A stretch of 64,000 bases of DNA from Syntrophorhabdaceae bacterium (lineage in GTDB: Bacteria; Desulfobacterota; Syntrophorhabdia; Syntrophorhabdales; Syntrophorhabdaceae). The stretch covers positions 1-64,000 of the forward strand of contig CAXXUO010000006.1 of NCBI GenBank assembly GCA_963666485.2, written 5' to 3'. A program made the position numbers and the translations under genes. The notes below the pieces were generated by a model. The model worked only from the letters and a program-made list of their open reading frames with translations. It was not told the origin of the DNA and did no database searches. Within the stretch, counting starts at the first letter, position 1, and the number at the start of each line of letters is the position of its first letter. This document shows, one piece after another, positions 49,006 through 57,458 of the stretch.

Positions 49006-50799
49006 ATGAACAGCGCGAACACACAACACACACAACTTCTCCAATGGGTCGACGAGATGGCGCGCATGTGCAAACCTGACAGCGTTTACTGGTGCGACGG
49101 TTCAAAAGAAGAGTATGACCGCCTCATGGCAGGCATGGTGGAAAGCGGTTCCGCCACGCCGCTGAAGAAGCGGCCGAACAGCTTTCTCTTCCGTTCACAG
49201 CCGTCGGACGTTGCACGCGTCGAGGACCGTACGTACATCTCCACGGACGACCGGGACGAGGCAGGCCCGACGAACAACTGGGTCGAACCGAAAGAATTGA
49301 AGACGCTTATGCGCGGCCTGTATGACGGGTGCATGACGGGGAGGACCATGTATGTCATCCCGTTCTCCATGGGGCCCATCGGGTCGCCCATCGCAAAGAT
49401 CGGCATCGAGATAACGGACAGCCCGTACGTCGTCTGCAACATGCACGTCATGACACGGGTCGGCACGAAGGTGATCGAACAGCTGGGAACGGACGGCGAA
49501 TTCATCCCGTGCCTCCATTCGCTGGGCGCGCCCTTGGCACCGGGAGAAAAGGACGTATCCTGGCCGTGCGCGCCGATGGAAAAGAAATATATCAGCCATT
49601 TTCCCGCCGAGAACCTTATCTGGTCGTACGGCTCGGGTTACGGCGGAAACGCCCTTCTCGGCAAGAAGTGCCTTGCGCTGAGGATCGCCTCCGCCATGGC
49701 GCGCCGTGAAGGCTGGATGGCGGAGCACATGCTTATCCTGCGGCTGACGAACCCTGAGGGACGGCAGTACCATATTGCCGCCGCATTCCCCTCGGCATCG
49801 GGCAAGACGAACCTCGCCATGATATACCCGACCATCCCCGGCTGGAAGGCCGAGTGTATCGGGGACGATATATCGTGGATGAAGATACGGCCGGACGGAA
49901 GGCTGCACGCGATCAACCCGGAGGCGGGCTTCTTCGGCGTGGCGCCCGGGACCTCGTATTCATCCAACCCGGCGGCCATGGATACTATCAAGGAGAACTG
50001 CATATTCACGAACTGCGGCCTCACCGACGACGGCGACATATGGTGGGAAGGCATGACAAAGGAGCCCCCGGCACATACGATCGACTGGAAGGGGCACGAC
50101 TGGACCCCGGATTCGACGGAACCGACGGCCCACGCCAACGCGCGTTTCACGGCGCCGGCAAACCAGTGCCCGATCATCAGCCCCGACTGGGAGAAACTCG
50201 AAGGAGTGCCGATAGATATTTTTATATTTGGCGGCCGCCGGGCGTCGGTGGTCCCGCTGGTCCACGAGGCGTTCGACTGGGAACACGGGGTTTTCATGGG
50301 TGCGACCGCCTCATCCGAGACGACCGCCGCGAACATCGGCGCGATCGGGAACGTCAGGCGCGACCCCTTTGCCATGAAGCCTTTCTGCGGGTATCACATG
50401 GGGGATTATTTCGCCCACTGGCTCGCGATGGGCAAACGCCTCGGCGAGAAAGCACCGCGCATTTTCTACACGAACTGGTTCCGGAAAACCGAGGACGGCA
50501 GGTGGCTCTGGCCGGGATTCGGGGAGAACAGCCGGGTCTTGAAATGGATGTGCGAGCGCGTTGACGGCAAGGCGAATGCTCAGAAAACCGCGATAGGCTA
50601 TATGCCGTCGGTCGAGGACCTCGACCTCACCGGGCTCGATGTTCCGGTGGAAGACGTAAAAGAACTGCTGCGCGTCGATGCGGCAGGGTGGAAAGAAGAA
50701 GCGAAAGACATGCAGGACCATTTCGCCCAATTTGGTGAACGGCTGCCCGAAGCCCTTGCGGCTCAGCTTCAGGGCCTCATAAAGAGACTCGAAGACTAA
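49006..50799 (+). CDS. pckG: GTP-dependent phosphoenolpyruvate carboxykinase
   Basis: [47 protein letters not shown] and [15 protein letters not shown]. Confidence 0.96.
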   Translation: MNSANTQHTQLLQWVDEMARMCKPDSVYWCDGSKEEYDRLMAGMVESGSATPLKKRPNSFLFRSQPSDVARVEDRTYISTDDRDEAGPTNNWVEPKELKTLMRGLYDGCMTGRTMYVIPFSMGPIGSPIAKIGIEITDSPYVVCNMHVMTRVGTKVIEQLGTDGEFIPCLHSLGAPLAPGEKDVSWPCAPMEKKYISHFPAENLIWSYGSGYGGNALLGKKCLALRIASAMARREGWMAEHMLILRLTNPEGRQYHIAAAFPSASGKTNLAMIYPTIPGWKAECIGDDISWMKIRPDGRLHAINPEAGFFGVAPGTSYSSNPAAMDTIKENCIFTNCGLTDDGDIWWEGMTKEPPAHTIDWKGHDWTPDSTEPTAHANARFTAPANQCPIISPDWEKLEGVPIDIFIFGGRRASVVPLVHEAFDWEHGVFMGATASSETTAANIGAIGNVRRDPFAMKPFCGYHMGDYFAHWLAMGKRLGEKAPRIFYTNWFRKTEDGRWLWPGFGENSRVLKWMCERVDGKANAQKTAIGYMPSVEDLDLTGLDVPVEDVKELLRVDAAGWKEEAKDMQDHFAQFGERLPEALAAQLQGLIKRLED

Positions 50800-50824
50800 G
50801 GGCCCGAAAGGATCGATATCACGC

Positions 50825-50879
50825 CCGGCAGGGGACGTACCGGTCAGCAAGGCCGGTACGTCCCTCTCGCCGGTTTTTA
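50825..50879 (+). terminator. Intrinsic terminator after pckG
   Basis: GGGACGTACCGG/CCGGTACGTCCC stem extended by CCGGC/GCCGG, then TTTTT. Confidence 0.7.
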
Positions 50880-50930
50880 TTGGCCGTGAATTACCTTGTG
50901 TTTTCGCCGTTTTTTTGGAATAGTAGAGAC

Positions 50931-51581
50931 ATGGCGCGAGATCTCAGGCTCATCTTTCCCCTCCCCCTGTTCATGATGGTTTTTTGTGCGGCATGGCCAT
51001 GCATTGCCTTTGCCAGCCCGCCAAAAGAGCCGCATACGGCAGCATCATGTGTCGAGAACGTGCGTATTGCCAGGGCAGCGAGCCCGTTCAAGGAGTGGGA
51101 TTCACGAATGGCCGGCTCGCAGGCATGGTCGGTCAGGGCCGTGGACCTGAAAGGCGGAGATTACGAGGCGGTTCCCTCACTCGCCCGGTATGCGGTATCG
51201 GGACAGATGCTTATGGGGATGGACCGGAAAACACGTGAGCCCGTCGTGTCGTCGCACTACTTTTCGACCCTTTCACGTGGCGACGCCACCCGGATTGAGC
51301 CGGGGCAGAAAAAGGAGATCGGGACATTCCTCGGCGCATCGTCGGGCAAGCCCCCGTTTCGCGATGTTGTCCTTTTCCTCCTCGAATCGCAGGTCATAAC
51401 CACGTACTGGCACGTCGAGTCGATACTCTGCCTGGTATCGGAGGATGATTCGACGGACCGTTACAAGGCACATTTCACGGGCAAACATATCTACTACACC
51501 AACCGGTACAATGAAGAAAAACTCGATTTTTTCCTGATCATCGAAAAGTCCTCCGGCCGCATGTTCCTCACAGGCGGGTAA
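50931..51581 (+). CDS. Hypothetical exported protein
   Basis: Hydrophobic N-terminus ending AFA; ORF fills the space between pckG and the nitroreductase. Confidence 0.6.
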   Translation: MARDLRLIFPLPLFMMVFCAAWPCIAFASPPKEPHTAASCVENVRIARAASPFKEWDSRMAGSQAWSVRAVDLKGGDYEAVPSLARYAVSGQMLMGMDRKTREPVVSSHYFSTLSRGDATRIEPGQKKEIGTFLGASSGKPPFRDVVLFLLESQVITTYWHVESILCLVSEDDSTDRYKAHFTGKHIYYTNRYNEEKLDFFLIIEKSSGRMFLTGG

Positions 51582-51611
51582 GGCATACAGGGCGGAGGCC
51601 GAACCCGACAC

Positions 51612-52493
51612 ATGAAAAATGAACCCGTGATACAAATAGACAGTACGGCCTGCATGAAAGACGGCCTGTGTGCCCGAATATGTCCGAAGGTCTTTACGCA
51701 GGAGGGAGAGGGCGCCGTCCCGGTCGCGTCACGCCCGGAGTTCTGCAACGGATGCGGTCATTGCCTGCTTATCTGCCCGGCGGACGCCATAACCGTCGAC
51801 ACTATTCATCCGTCCCGTGTCCGACGTATGCCGAAAGACCCTGTGCCCAAGTTTTCACAGCTGGAAGCGATGTTAAAGACCCGCAGGTCGATCCGCAATT
51901 TCTCCGATCAGCCGGTTGAGAAAGAACTCATCGAAAAGGTAATTGATTGCGCACGGTTTGCACCGAGTGCAAAGAACACGCAGAGCACACACTACACCGT
52001 TGTCCGGGACCCCGATGTGTTGCAGCGGGTCGCGTCGATGACTGCCGAATGGCTCGGACGATCGGCTGCAAAGCTCAGAAACCCGATCGTACGGAAAATG
52101 TATATCCTACGCGGATTGACCACGAGCGAGGAATTTGAGCGGTGGGTGGGACAGTTCGAGTTGACGGCCCGCAATATGAAGAACGGCTTAAACACGATCC
52201 TTTACAATGCCCCCGTCCTGATCCTGTTTCATGCGGGTAAAAATGTTCGTTTCGCAGAGGCAAATGCCAATCTTGCCCAGCATAACGCCACCCTTGCCGC
52301 ATGCGGCCTCGGGCTCGGCAGTTTCTATACCGGATATGTCGTTACCGCCTGCAGGCATTCGAGGGAAATAAGCGACCTCCTTCACGTCCCGCGCGGCCAT
52401 ACCGTTTTTGCGGGGATGGCCCTCGGCCACGTCCGCATCGGTTTTTCGCGCTGGATCGAACGGGACCCTGCGCGGGTAGAATGGATAGAATAA
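51612..52493 (+). CDS. Ferredoxin-nitroreductase fusion
   Basis: CMKDGLCARICP and CNGCGHCLLICP; RRSIRNF, APSAKNTQ and GLGSF. Confidence 0.9.
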   Translation: MKNEPVIQIDSTACMKDGLCARICPKVFTQEGEGAVPVASRPEFCNGCGHCLLICPADAITVDTIHPSRVRRMPKDPVPKFSQLEAMLKTRRSIRNFSDQPVEKELIEKVIDCARFAPSAKNTQSTHYTVVRDPDVLQRVASMTAEWLGRSAAKLRNPIVRKMYILRGLTTSEEFERWVGQFELTARNMKNGLNTILYNAPVLILFHAGKNVRFAEANANLAQHNATLAACGLGLGSFYTGYVVTACRHSREISDLLHVPRGHTVFAGMALGHVRIGFSRWIERDPARVEWIE

Positions 52494-52495
52494 AG

Positions 52496-52551
52496 AAGGT
52501 AATAGATTATAGATAATGGGTAATGGGTTAGAGGTGGTGGGTTTCGGTTTT
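52496..52551 (+). repeat. Degenerate heptamer tandem array
   Basis: AAGGTAA TAGATTA TAGATAA TGGGTAA TGGGTTA GAGGTGG TGGGTTT, starting right after the stop codon. Confidence 0.65.
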
Positions 52552-52576
52552 GGCCAATTACATAAGGGAACGGGGA

Positions 52577-53269
52577 ATGAAAGAGAATAGAGATCCATTG
52601 GTAATTCTTGATGCAATCGAGAAAGGCAGTATGACGGAGCTGGCGGCGCTCATTGCTTCGGGCGCCGATGTGAACGCCGCGGACGACACCGGGTGGACAG
52701 CGCTTATGATGGCGTCCCAGGCAGGGCGTGCCGACATGGTCCGTGCCCTCATCGCCGCCGGTGCGAACGTCAACGCGGCCGACGAGCTCGGTGTAACGGT
52801 GCTGATGGCGGCAGCGTCGGGCGGATTCATGGAAATAGTGGAGGCGCTTTTAGCGGCGGGAGCTGATATTCATGCGCGGGACCACAGGGGAACGACGGCC
52901 CTGATGTGGGCATCGACAGAAGGGCACGGTGATGTCGTGCAGGCCCTCCTCGATGCCGGGGCGGATGTCAATGCGCGGGGCGAGAGCGGGTACACGGCAC
53001 TCATGGACGCGTCCGGGAAGGGCCATGCGGATGTCGTCCGCATGCTGATCGAGGCGTTCGCAGACGTGGATGCCTATGACAAGAACCATCTGACGGCCCT
53101 CATGCTTGCTGCCATGATGGGCCATGCGGATGTCGTGAGGGTCCTCGTGCTTGCCGGGGCAGATGTGAACATGAAGGGGGAGGGGGGCTATACGCCGCTT
53201 ATGGACGCCCTGGGACGGGGCCGGACCGATATAGCGGACATTCTCAGAGAGGCCGGGGCTGCGGAATAA
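52577..53269 (+). CDS. Ankyrin repeat protein (about six repeats)
   Basis: 33-aa repeats G.TALM.A...GH.DVV..L..AGADVN. Confidence 0.95.
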   Translation: MKENRDPLVILDAIEKGSMTELAALIASGADVNAADDTGWTALMMASQAGRADMVRALIAAGANVNAADELGVTVLMAAASGGFMEIVEALLAAGADIHARDHRGTTALMWASTEGHGDVVQALLDAGADVNARGESGYTALMDASGKGHADVVRMLIEAFADVDAYDKNHLTALMLAAMMGHADVVRVLVLAGADVNMKGEGGYTPLMDALGRGRTDIADILREAGAAE

Positions 53270-53279
53270 AAGAAGGTAT

Positions 53280-54635
53280 CTAACGGCCGGCTGAATGAGC
53301 GAAATATTTTTTCAGTATCTCGCGGTGCCGCGCCTTTTCGTCATACATGTCCGCATCTGCTGTTTTGAGAAGGTCCTCGATGGGACTATCCTTTGCATTT
53401 CCCAGCACATACCCGGCTGATATCATGAGGGGGATCGTGGTGTTCGGGATGAATTTGTCCCTGAGTGCTTCTTCGAGTCTTTTCCGGACATCGTACAGGA
53501 TCTGCTTTGAACAATTTGGCAAAAGGACAGCGAATTCATCGCCGCCAATGCGGGCCACGACGTCACTGCCCCGGAACTGTTCCCTGAGCAGGTGGGCCGC
53601 GGCGATGAGCTGAAAATCGCCCCGCGCATGGCCCAGCGTATCGTTGACGATCTTCAACCCGTCGAGGTCGCACATGATGATCCCGACCGGGTCGAAGCGC
53701 CCGGAACCCAACCTTCTCAATTCTTCTTCAAAGAAGAACCGGTTGTAAAGGCCGGTCAATGAGTCGTGGATGCTGAAATATTTGAGGTTCGCCTCGGCCT
53801 TCTTGCGTTCGGTCACATCGAGAAATGTTCCCATAACGGACGGCTTGCCTTTGTACATGGCACGCGAACTGTAGACCTCGATGTTCCGCACCTCGCCGGA
53901 CTTCGTGATGATGCGGAACTCAGACTGAAGCGACTCTATCTCACCGCTTATCCTGCGGCGGATATTCTCCTCCATCATCGGCAGGTCCTCGGGATGAATG
54001 ATGTCCTTTGGCCCCATGGCATCGACCATCTCGGGGATAGAGTAGCCCGTCAGCTCGGCCAGCCGTTCGTTGGCATACCGGTACGTATCGTCCTGGAGGA
54101 CGTATATGCCGACAATGGATTTTTCCGCCAGGCTCCTGAACTTGTCCTCGGATTCGATGAGGTTCTGCTCGGTCTTCCTGCGGTCTGTTATATCCTTTGC
54201 GAATATAGCTATCTTCGAGACCGAACCTGCGGTGTCAAACACGGGGTATGCGAATGATTCATAGGTGCGGCCCTCTCTTTCATCGATAAAGATCGTCTGT
54301 TTCCCCGTCCGGGCGACTTCGTCAAATTCCTTTCTCCTGAGCGCAGCAAGGGAAGGCGGCAGGAGTTCGTACAGGCAGACCCCCAGGAGCTGCTCCGCAG
54401 TTTTCTCGAACCTCTGCGCGGCACATTCGTTTGCCATGAGGATCTTTCCGGACGCATCGATGAGCATCAGAGTCTCGTCAGTGGCGTTGATCAGCGAACT
54501 AAGGGTCTCTTCGCTTAGCATCCGGGCTTGCCTGAGGCCCGCCAGTTCGTGTTCCAGCTCAACGATCCTTTCCTGCAAGGACGATATTCGTTTCTCGAGT
54601 TCCCGGTTATTGTTCTGTTTTGTTCTGGTTTTCAT
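53280..54635 (-). CDS. PAS-PAS diguanylate cyclase
   Basis: Coiled coil, two PAS domains, HDSLTGLYNR, and RGSD I-site before GGDEF. Confidence 0.93.
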   Translation of the reverse strand: MKTRTKQNNNRELEKRISSLQERIVELEHELAGLRQARMLSEETLSSLINATDETLMLIDASGKILMANECAAQRFEKTAEQLLGVCLYELLPPSLAALRRKEFDEVARTGKQTIFIDEREGRTYESFAYPVFDTAGSVSKIAIFAKDITDRRKTEQNLIESEDKFRSLAEKSIVGIYVLQDDTYRYANERLAELTGYSIPEMVDAMGPKDIIHPEDLPMMEENIRRRISGEIESLQSEFRIITKSGEVRNIEVYSSRAMYKGKPSVMGTFLDVTERKKAEANLKYFSIHDSLTGLYNRFFFEEELRRLGSGRFDPVGIIMCDLDGLKIVNDTLGHARGDFQLIAAAHLLREQFRGSDVVARIGGDEFAVLLPNCSKQILYDVRKRLEEALRDKFIPNTTIPLMISAGYVLGNAKDSPIEDLLKTADADMYDEKARHREILKKYFAHSAGR

Positions 54636-54840
54636 GTTAGCATGGCCCGGCCTCATCCCGCCGGGATGCTGCCTCGCTATTTTTATCGCGTATTCTGCCG
54701 ATAAATTTAGGTCAATCAGGCGATGTCCGGCGTATGGCTGCGGTTCGCTCTCTCTTCAAGCCCGCCAGCCATCCATGATATACTTGACAATGCGGTGCCT
54801 GATACGTATTATCCGCTTAACATCGGGAAAGGAAGGTGCT

Positions 54841-55383
54841 ATGAACAAGTCATGCCGGATGATCGTTTTGCTGGGAATTTTTCTTGTTACGGGATGTTCG
54901 ACGGTAAACTGGCCCGGGTATGAAAGCGTGTATGTTCCTCTCAATACGGGGGTCGCGGACACGTCCTTACTTTCCTCGGGCGAGTTGGAAATAGTGCATG
55001 ATATGCTGAAGGTCCGGGCGAAGTCGGGCGGCGCGGGCTTAAAGCCGCTTAAACTGTCGAAAGGCCTTTCGTTTGCAGCGAAGCAAAAGGCGGTGGAAAC
55101 CGCGGACACGGGTCGGAAAGAGAACGCGCAGGCACCGCAGCCGCTCATGGCCCGGGTACAAAAATTTGGAAAAGTTACGGGAAAGGTTGCCGAGCTCGTC
55201 AGCCACGGATATCCCCAGCGGATAGTCGTCGAGCAGCTGATGAAGCCGGGACCGGTTTCGGAGGGTCAGAAGCCGGAGATATACTTCCTCGACCCTCAAT
55301 ACACGGTTGTTGGCGTCGGGTGTACGGGAGATTTCTATCCCATCTGTGTCCTGACGTTTGCGACGGATTTTGAGGAAGGGTGA
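54841..55383 (+). CDS. CAP/SCP-like domain lipoprotein (divergent)
   Basis: Lipobox VTGC; LKPLKLSKGLSFAA, AELVSHG and FLDPQYTVVGVGC resemble CAP motifs. Confidence 0.6.
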   Translation: MNKSCRMIVLLGIFLVTGCSTVNWPGYESVYVPLNTGVADTSLLSSGELEIVHDMLKVRAKSGGAGLKPLKLSKGLSFAAKQKAVETADTGRKENAQAPQPLMARVQKFGKVTGKVAELVSHGYPQRIVVEQLMKPGPVSEGQKPEIYFLDPQYTVVGVGCTGDFYPICVLTFATDFEEG

Positions 55384-55387
55384 AAGA

Positions 55388-55604
55388 ACGGCGTACGGCG
55401 TACGGCGTACGGCTGACGGCGTACGGCTAAAGGCTAAAGGCTAAAGGGGAAAGGCTAACGGCTAACGGCGTACGGCGAAAGGCTAAAGGCTAAAGGGGAA
55501 AGGCTAACGGCTAACGGCGTACGGCGTACGGCGAAAGGCGAAAGGCGAAAGGCGAAAGGCTAAAGGGGAAAGGCTAACGGCTAACGGCGTACGGCTGACG
55601 GTGA
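55388..55604 (+). repeat. 31-unit heptamer tandem array (AMGGNNN) with a higher-order repeat
   Basis: Units ACGGCGT, ACGGCTA, AAGGCTA, AAGGGGA, AAGGCGA and variants in unbroken 7-nt register. Confidence 0.95.
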
Positions 55605-55669
55605 GGGGGCCACGGGGAAGTAGCCGATTCAATCATCTCTGAATTACTCATCTTCGTCATCTCCTCCAA

Positions 55670-55798
55670 CCCCGTCATCCCGGCCGTAAGAGCCGGGACC
55701 CAAGGTTTTTCTTTTATATCCTTTTAGCAACGACCACATGAGAAAAGAATCATAAAAAACAAAACCTTGGGTCCCGGGTCAAGCCCGGGATGACGGGG
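55670..55798. repeat. Paired CGTC-tagged REP-like palindromes (MITE-like, copy 1)
   Basis: CCCCGTCATCCCGG..CCGGGACCCAAGGTTTT and its inverted copy AAAACCTTGGGTCCCGGG..CCCGGGATGACGGGG around an AT-rich spacer. Confidence 0.8.
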
Positions 55799-55964
55799 AG
55801 CGAAATATTCCCGAGTATATAAACGTGACGGTCCAAACGATTGGTAGGGAATTGTGAGACAGTTTCTTGACCCGGGATTCAGGGTTTGCCCTCGGGTTTT
55901 TCCTGTTGATTTGTCTGCCTGCTCATAATAATCTTGTTCTTACAGTACATGCTAAGGGGAGAAA

Positions 55965-56738
55965 ATGGAAGACCTGGTGAAACGTGTTGCGCGCATGATC
56001 GGCAAGGCTGAAAAGATCGTCGTTTTCGTGGGAGCCGGCCTGAGCACGGAGTCGGGCATACCCGATTTTCGCAGCCCCGGCGGGGTGTGGGACAAATACG
56101 ATCCGGAGGATTTCTATTTTCAGAATTTTGTCTCGAATCGCGCGAAACGGGAAAAATACTGGGAAATGGCGACCGAGATGTACGAGGCGATGAAAGAGGC
56201 GAAACCCAATGCCGGCCATAGAGCGGTGGCAGAGCTTGAGAAGCTGGGGAAACTCGACTGCCTGATCACCCAGAACATTGACGGCCTTCATTTCAAGGCC
56301 GGCAATTCGGAGACGAAGGTATTCGAGCTGCACGGGACAGCAATGCACGTCGCATGCCTCGATTGCCACAGGCGATATGAAAGGGCCCTTATCCAGGAGC
56401 GCATCGCAGCCGGCGACAAGGCGCCTGAATGTGATGCGTGCGGCGGCCTTTTGAAACCTGCCACCATATCCTTCGGACAGGCCATGCCCGAACGGGAGAC
56501 GGCGGAGGCGTTCCGCCGCAGTTCGGACTGCGATCTTTTTATCGTGATCGGGTCGTCGCTCGTTGTGTATCCCGCGGCGCAGATGCCCGTGGTCGCAAAA
56601 CAGTCGGGTGCAAAGCTCGTTATCATAAACCGCGATGAAACCGCATGCGACAGGCGGGCCGACGTGATCATAAACGGCCAGGCGGGGACGATAATGGCGG
56701 CGATACTGGAAGAAGTGAAAAGAAACCGTAAGGGGTAA
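55965..56738 (+). CDS. cobB: Sir2 family NAD-dependent deacylase
   Basis: GAGLSTESGIPDFR, TQNIDGLH, ELHG, two CxxC, GSSLVVYPAA and IIN. Confidence 0.93.
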   Translation: MEDLVKRVARMIGKAEKIVVFVGAGLSTESGIPDFRSPGGVWDKYDPEDFYFQNFVSNRAKREKYWEMATEMYEAMKEAKPNAGHRAVAELEKLGKLDCLITQNIDGLHFKAGNSETKVFELHGTAMHVACLDCHRRYERALIQERIAAGDKAPECDACGGLLKPATISFGQAMPERETAEAFRRSSDCDLFIVIGSSLVVYPAAQMPVVAKQSGAKLVIINRDETACDRRADVIINGQAGTIMAAILEEVKRNRKG

Positions 56739-56811
56739 AGAAAGGGGTTCAAGGTTCAAAGTTCAAGGTTCAAGGTGTTTAGGAGTAAAGAAAGAGGTTC
56801 AAGGTTCAAGG
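56735..56811 (+). repeat. GGTTCAA heptamer arrays within a duplicated ~26 bp unit
   Basis: GTAAAGAAAG(G/A)GGTTCAAGGTTCAA at 56735 and 56785. Confidence 0.8.
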
Positions 56812-56841
56812 CAGTGAGAATTGTGATCGAGGGTGGGGGGT

Positions 56842-57183
56842 ATGAATATACAAATTTTCGGGGTGAGCAAGTGCCAGGATACGAGGGCGGCGCAGCGTTT
56901 CTTTAAGGAACGCGGGATAAAGTTCCAGTACATTGACCTTGGCATGAAGGGATTGAGCAAGGGCGAGCTTAATAGCGTCAAGGCATCGGTCGGGCTTGAA
57001 AACCTGGTAGACACGGAAGGGAAGGAATACGCGAAACTGAATCTCAAGTACCTCACACACGATGTAGAAGAACAGCTTCTTGAGCATCCCCTTCTTTTTA
57101 AAACCCCCATCGTCCGCAACGGCGGAAGATCGACGATAGGTTTTCAGCCCGAGATTTGGAAGGAATGGATGAAGACGGGATAA
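56842..57183 (+). CDS. ArsC/Spx-like (YffB-type) thioredoxin-fold protein
   Basis: IQIFG..KCQDTRAA.RFFKERGI and LLEHPLLFKTPIVR. Confidence 0.85.
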   Translation: MNIQIFGVSKCQDTRAAQRFFKERGIKFQYIDLGMKGLSKGELNSVKASVGLENLVDTEGKEYAKLNLKYLTHDVEEQLLEHPLLFKTPIVRNGGRSTIGFQPEIWKEWMKTG

Positions 57184-57324
57184 TCCGGCAAAGAGCATAA
57201 GATATCATCTATCCGTATCGGTTTTATCTTGGACCTGAGGCCATGCCGCGGTCCCCATTCAGTTTCCCAATTTTATCAATTTCTGCATGTCGTCCTGCAC
57301 TCCGGGCCGAGCCTGACAACCTGC

Positions 57325-57439
57325 CGTCACCCCGGCGAAGGCCGGGGTCCAGGTTTTTTGCTTTTTTGTCGTTACCCGATCTGAGATGTTTATGAAAGAA
57401 TGAAAAAAGATCTGGATTCCGGCCTTCGCCGGAATGACG
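57325..57439. repeat. Paired CGTC-tagged REP-like palindromes (copy 2), between convergent genes
   Basis: CGTCACCCCGGCGAAGGCCGGGGTCCAG ... CTGGATTCCGGCCTTCGCCGGAATGACG. Confidence 0.8.
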
Positions 57440-57458
57440 ATCCCTGGGGATGTTGCGG

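Noticed and set aside
54265..54840. N-terminal extension of the 372 aa ORF
   Set aside because: Antisense shadow of the diguanylate cyclase; the real start is ATG 54841 with an RBS and lipoprotein signal.
55388..55604. CRISPR array
   Set aside because: Contiguous 7-mers without unique spacers, and no cas genes.
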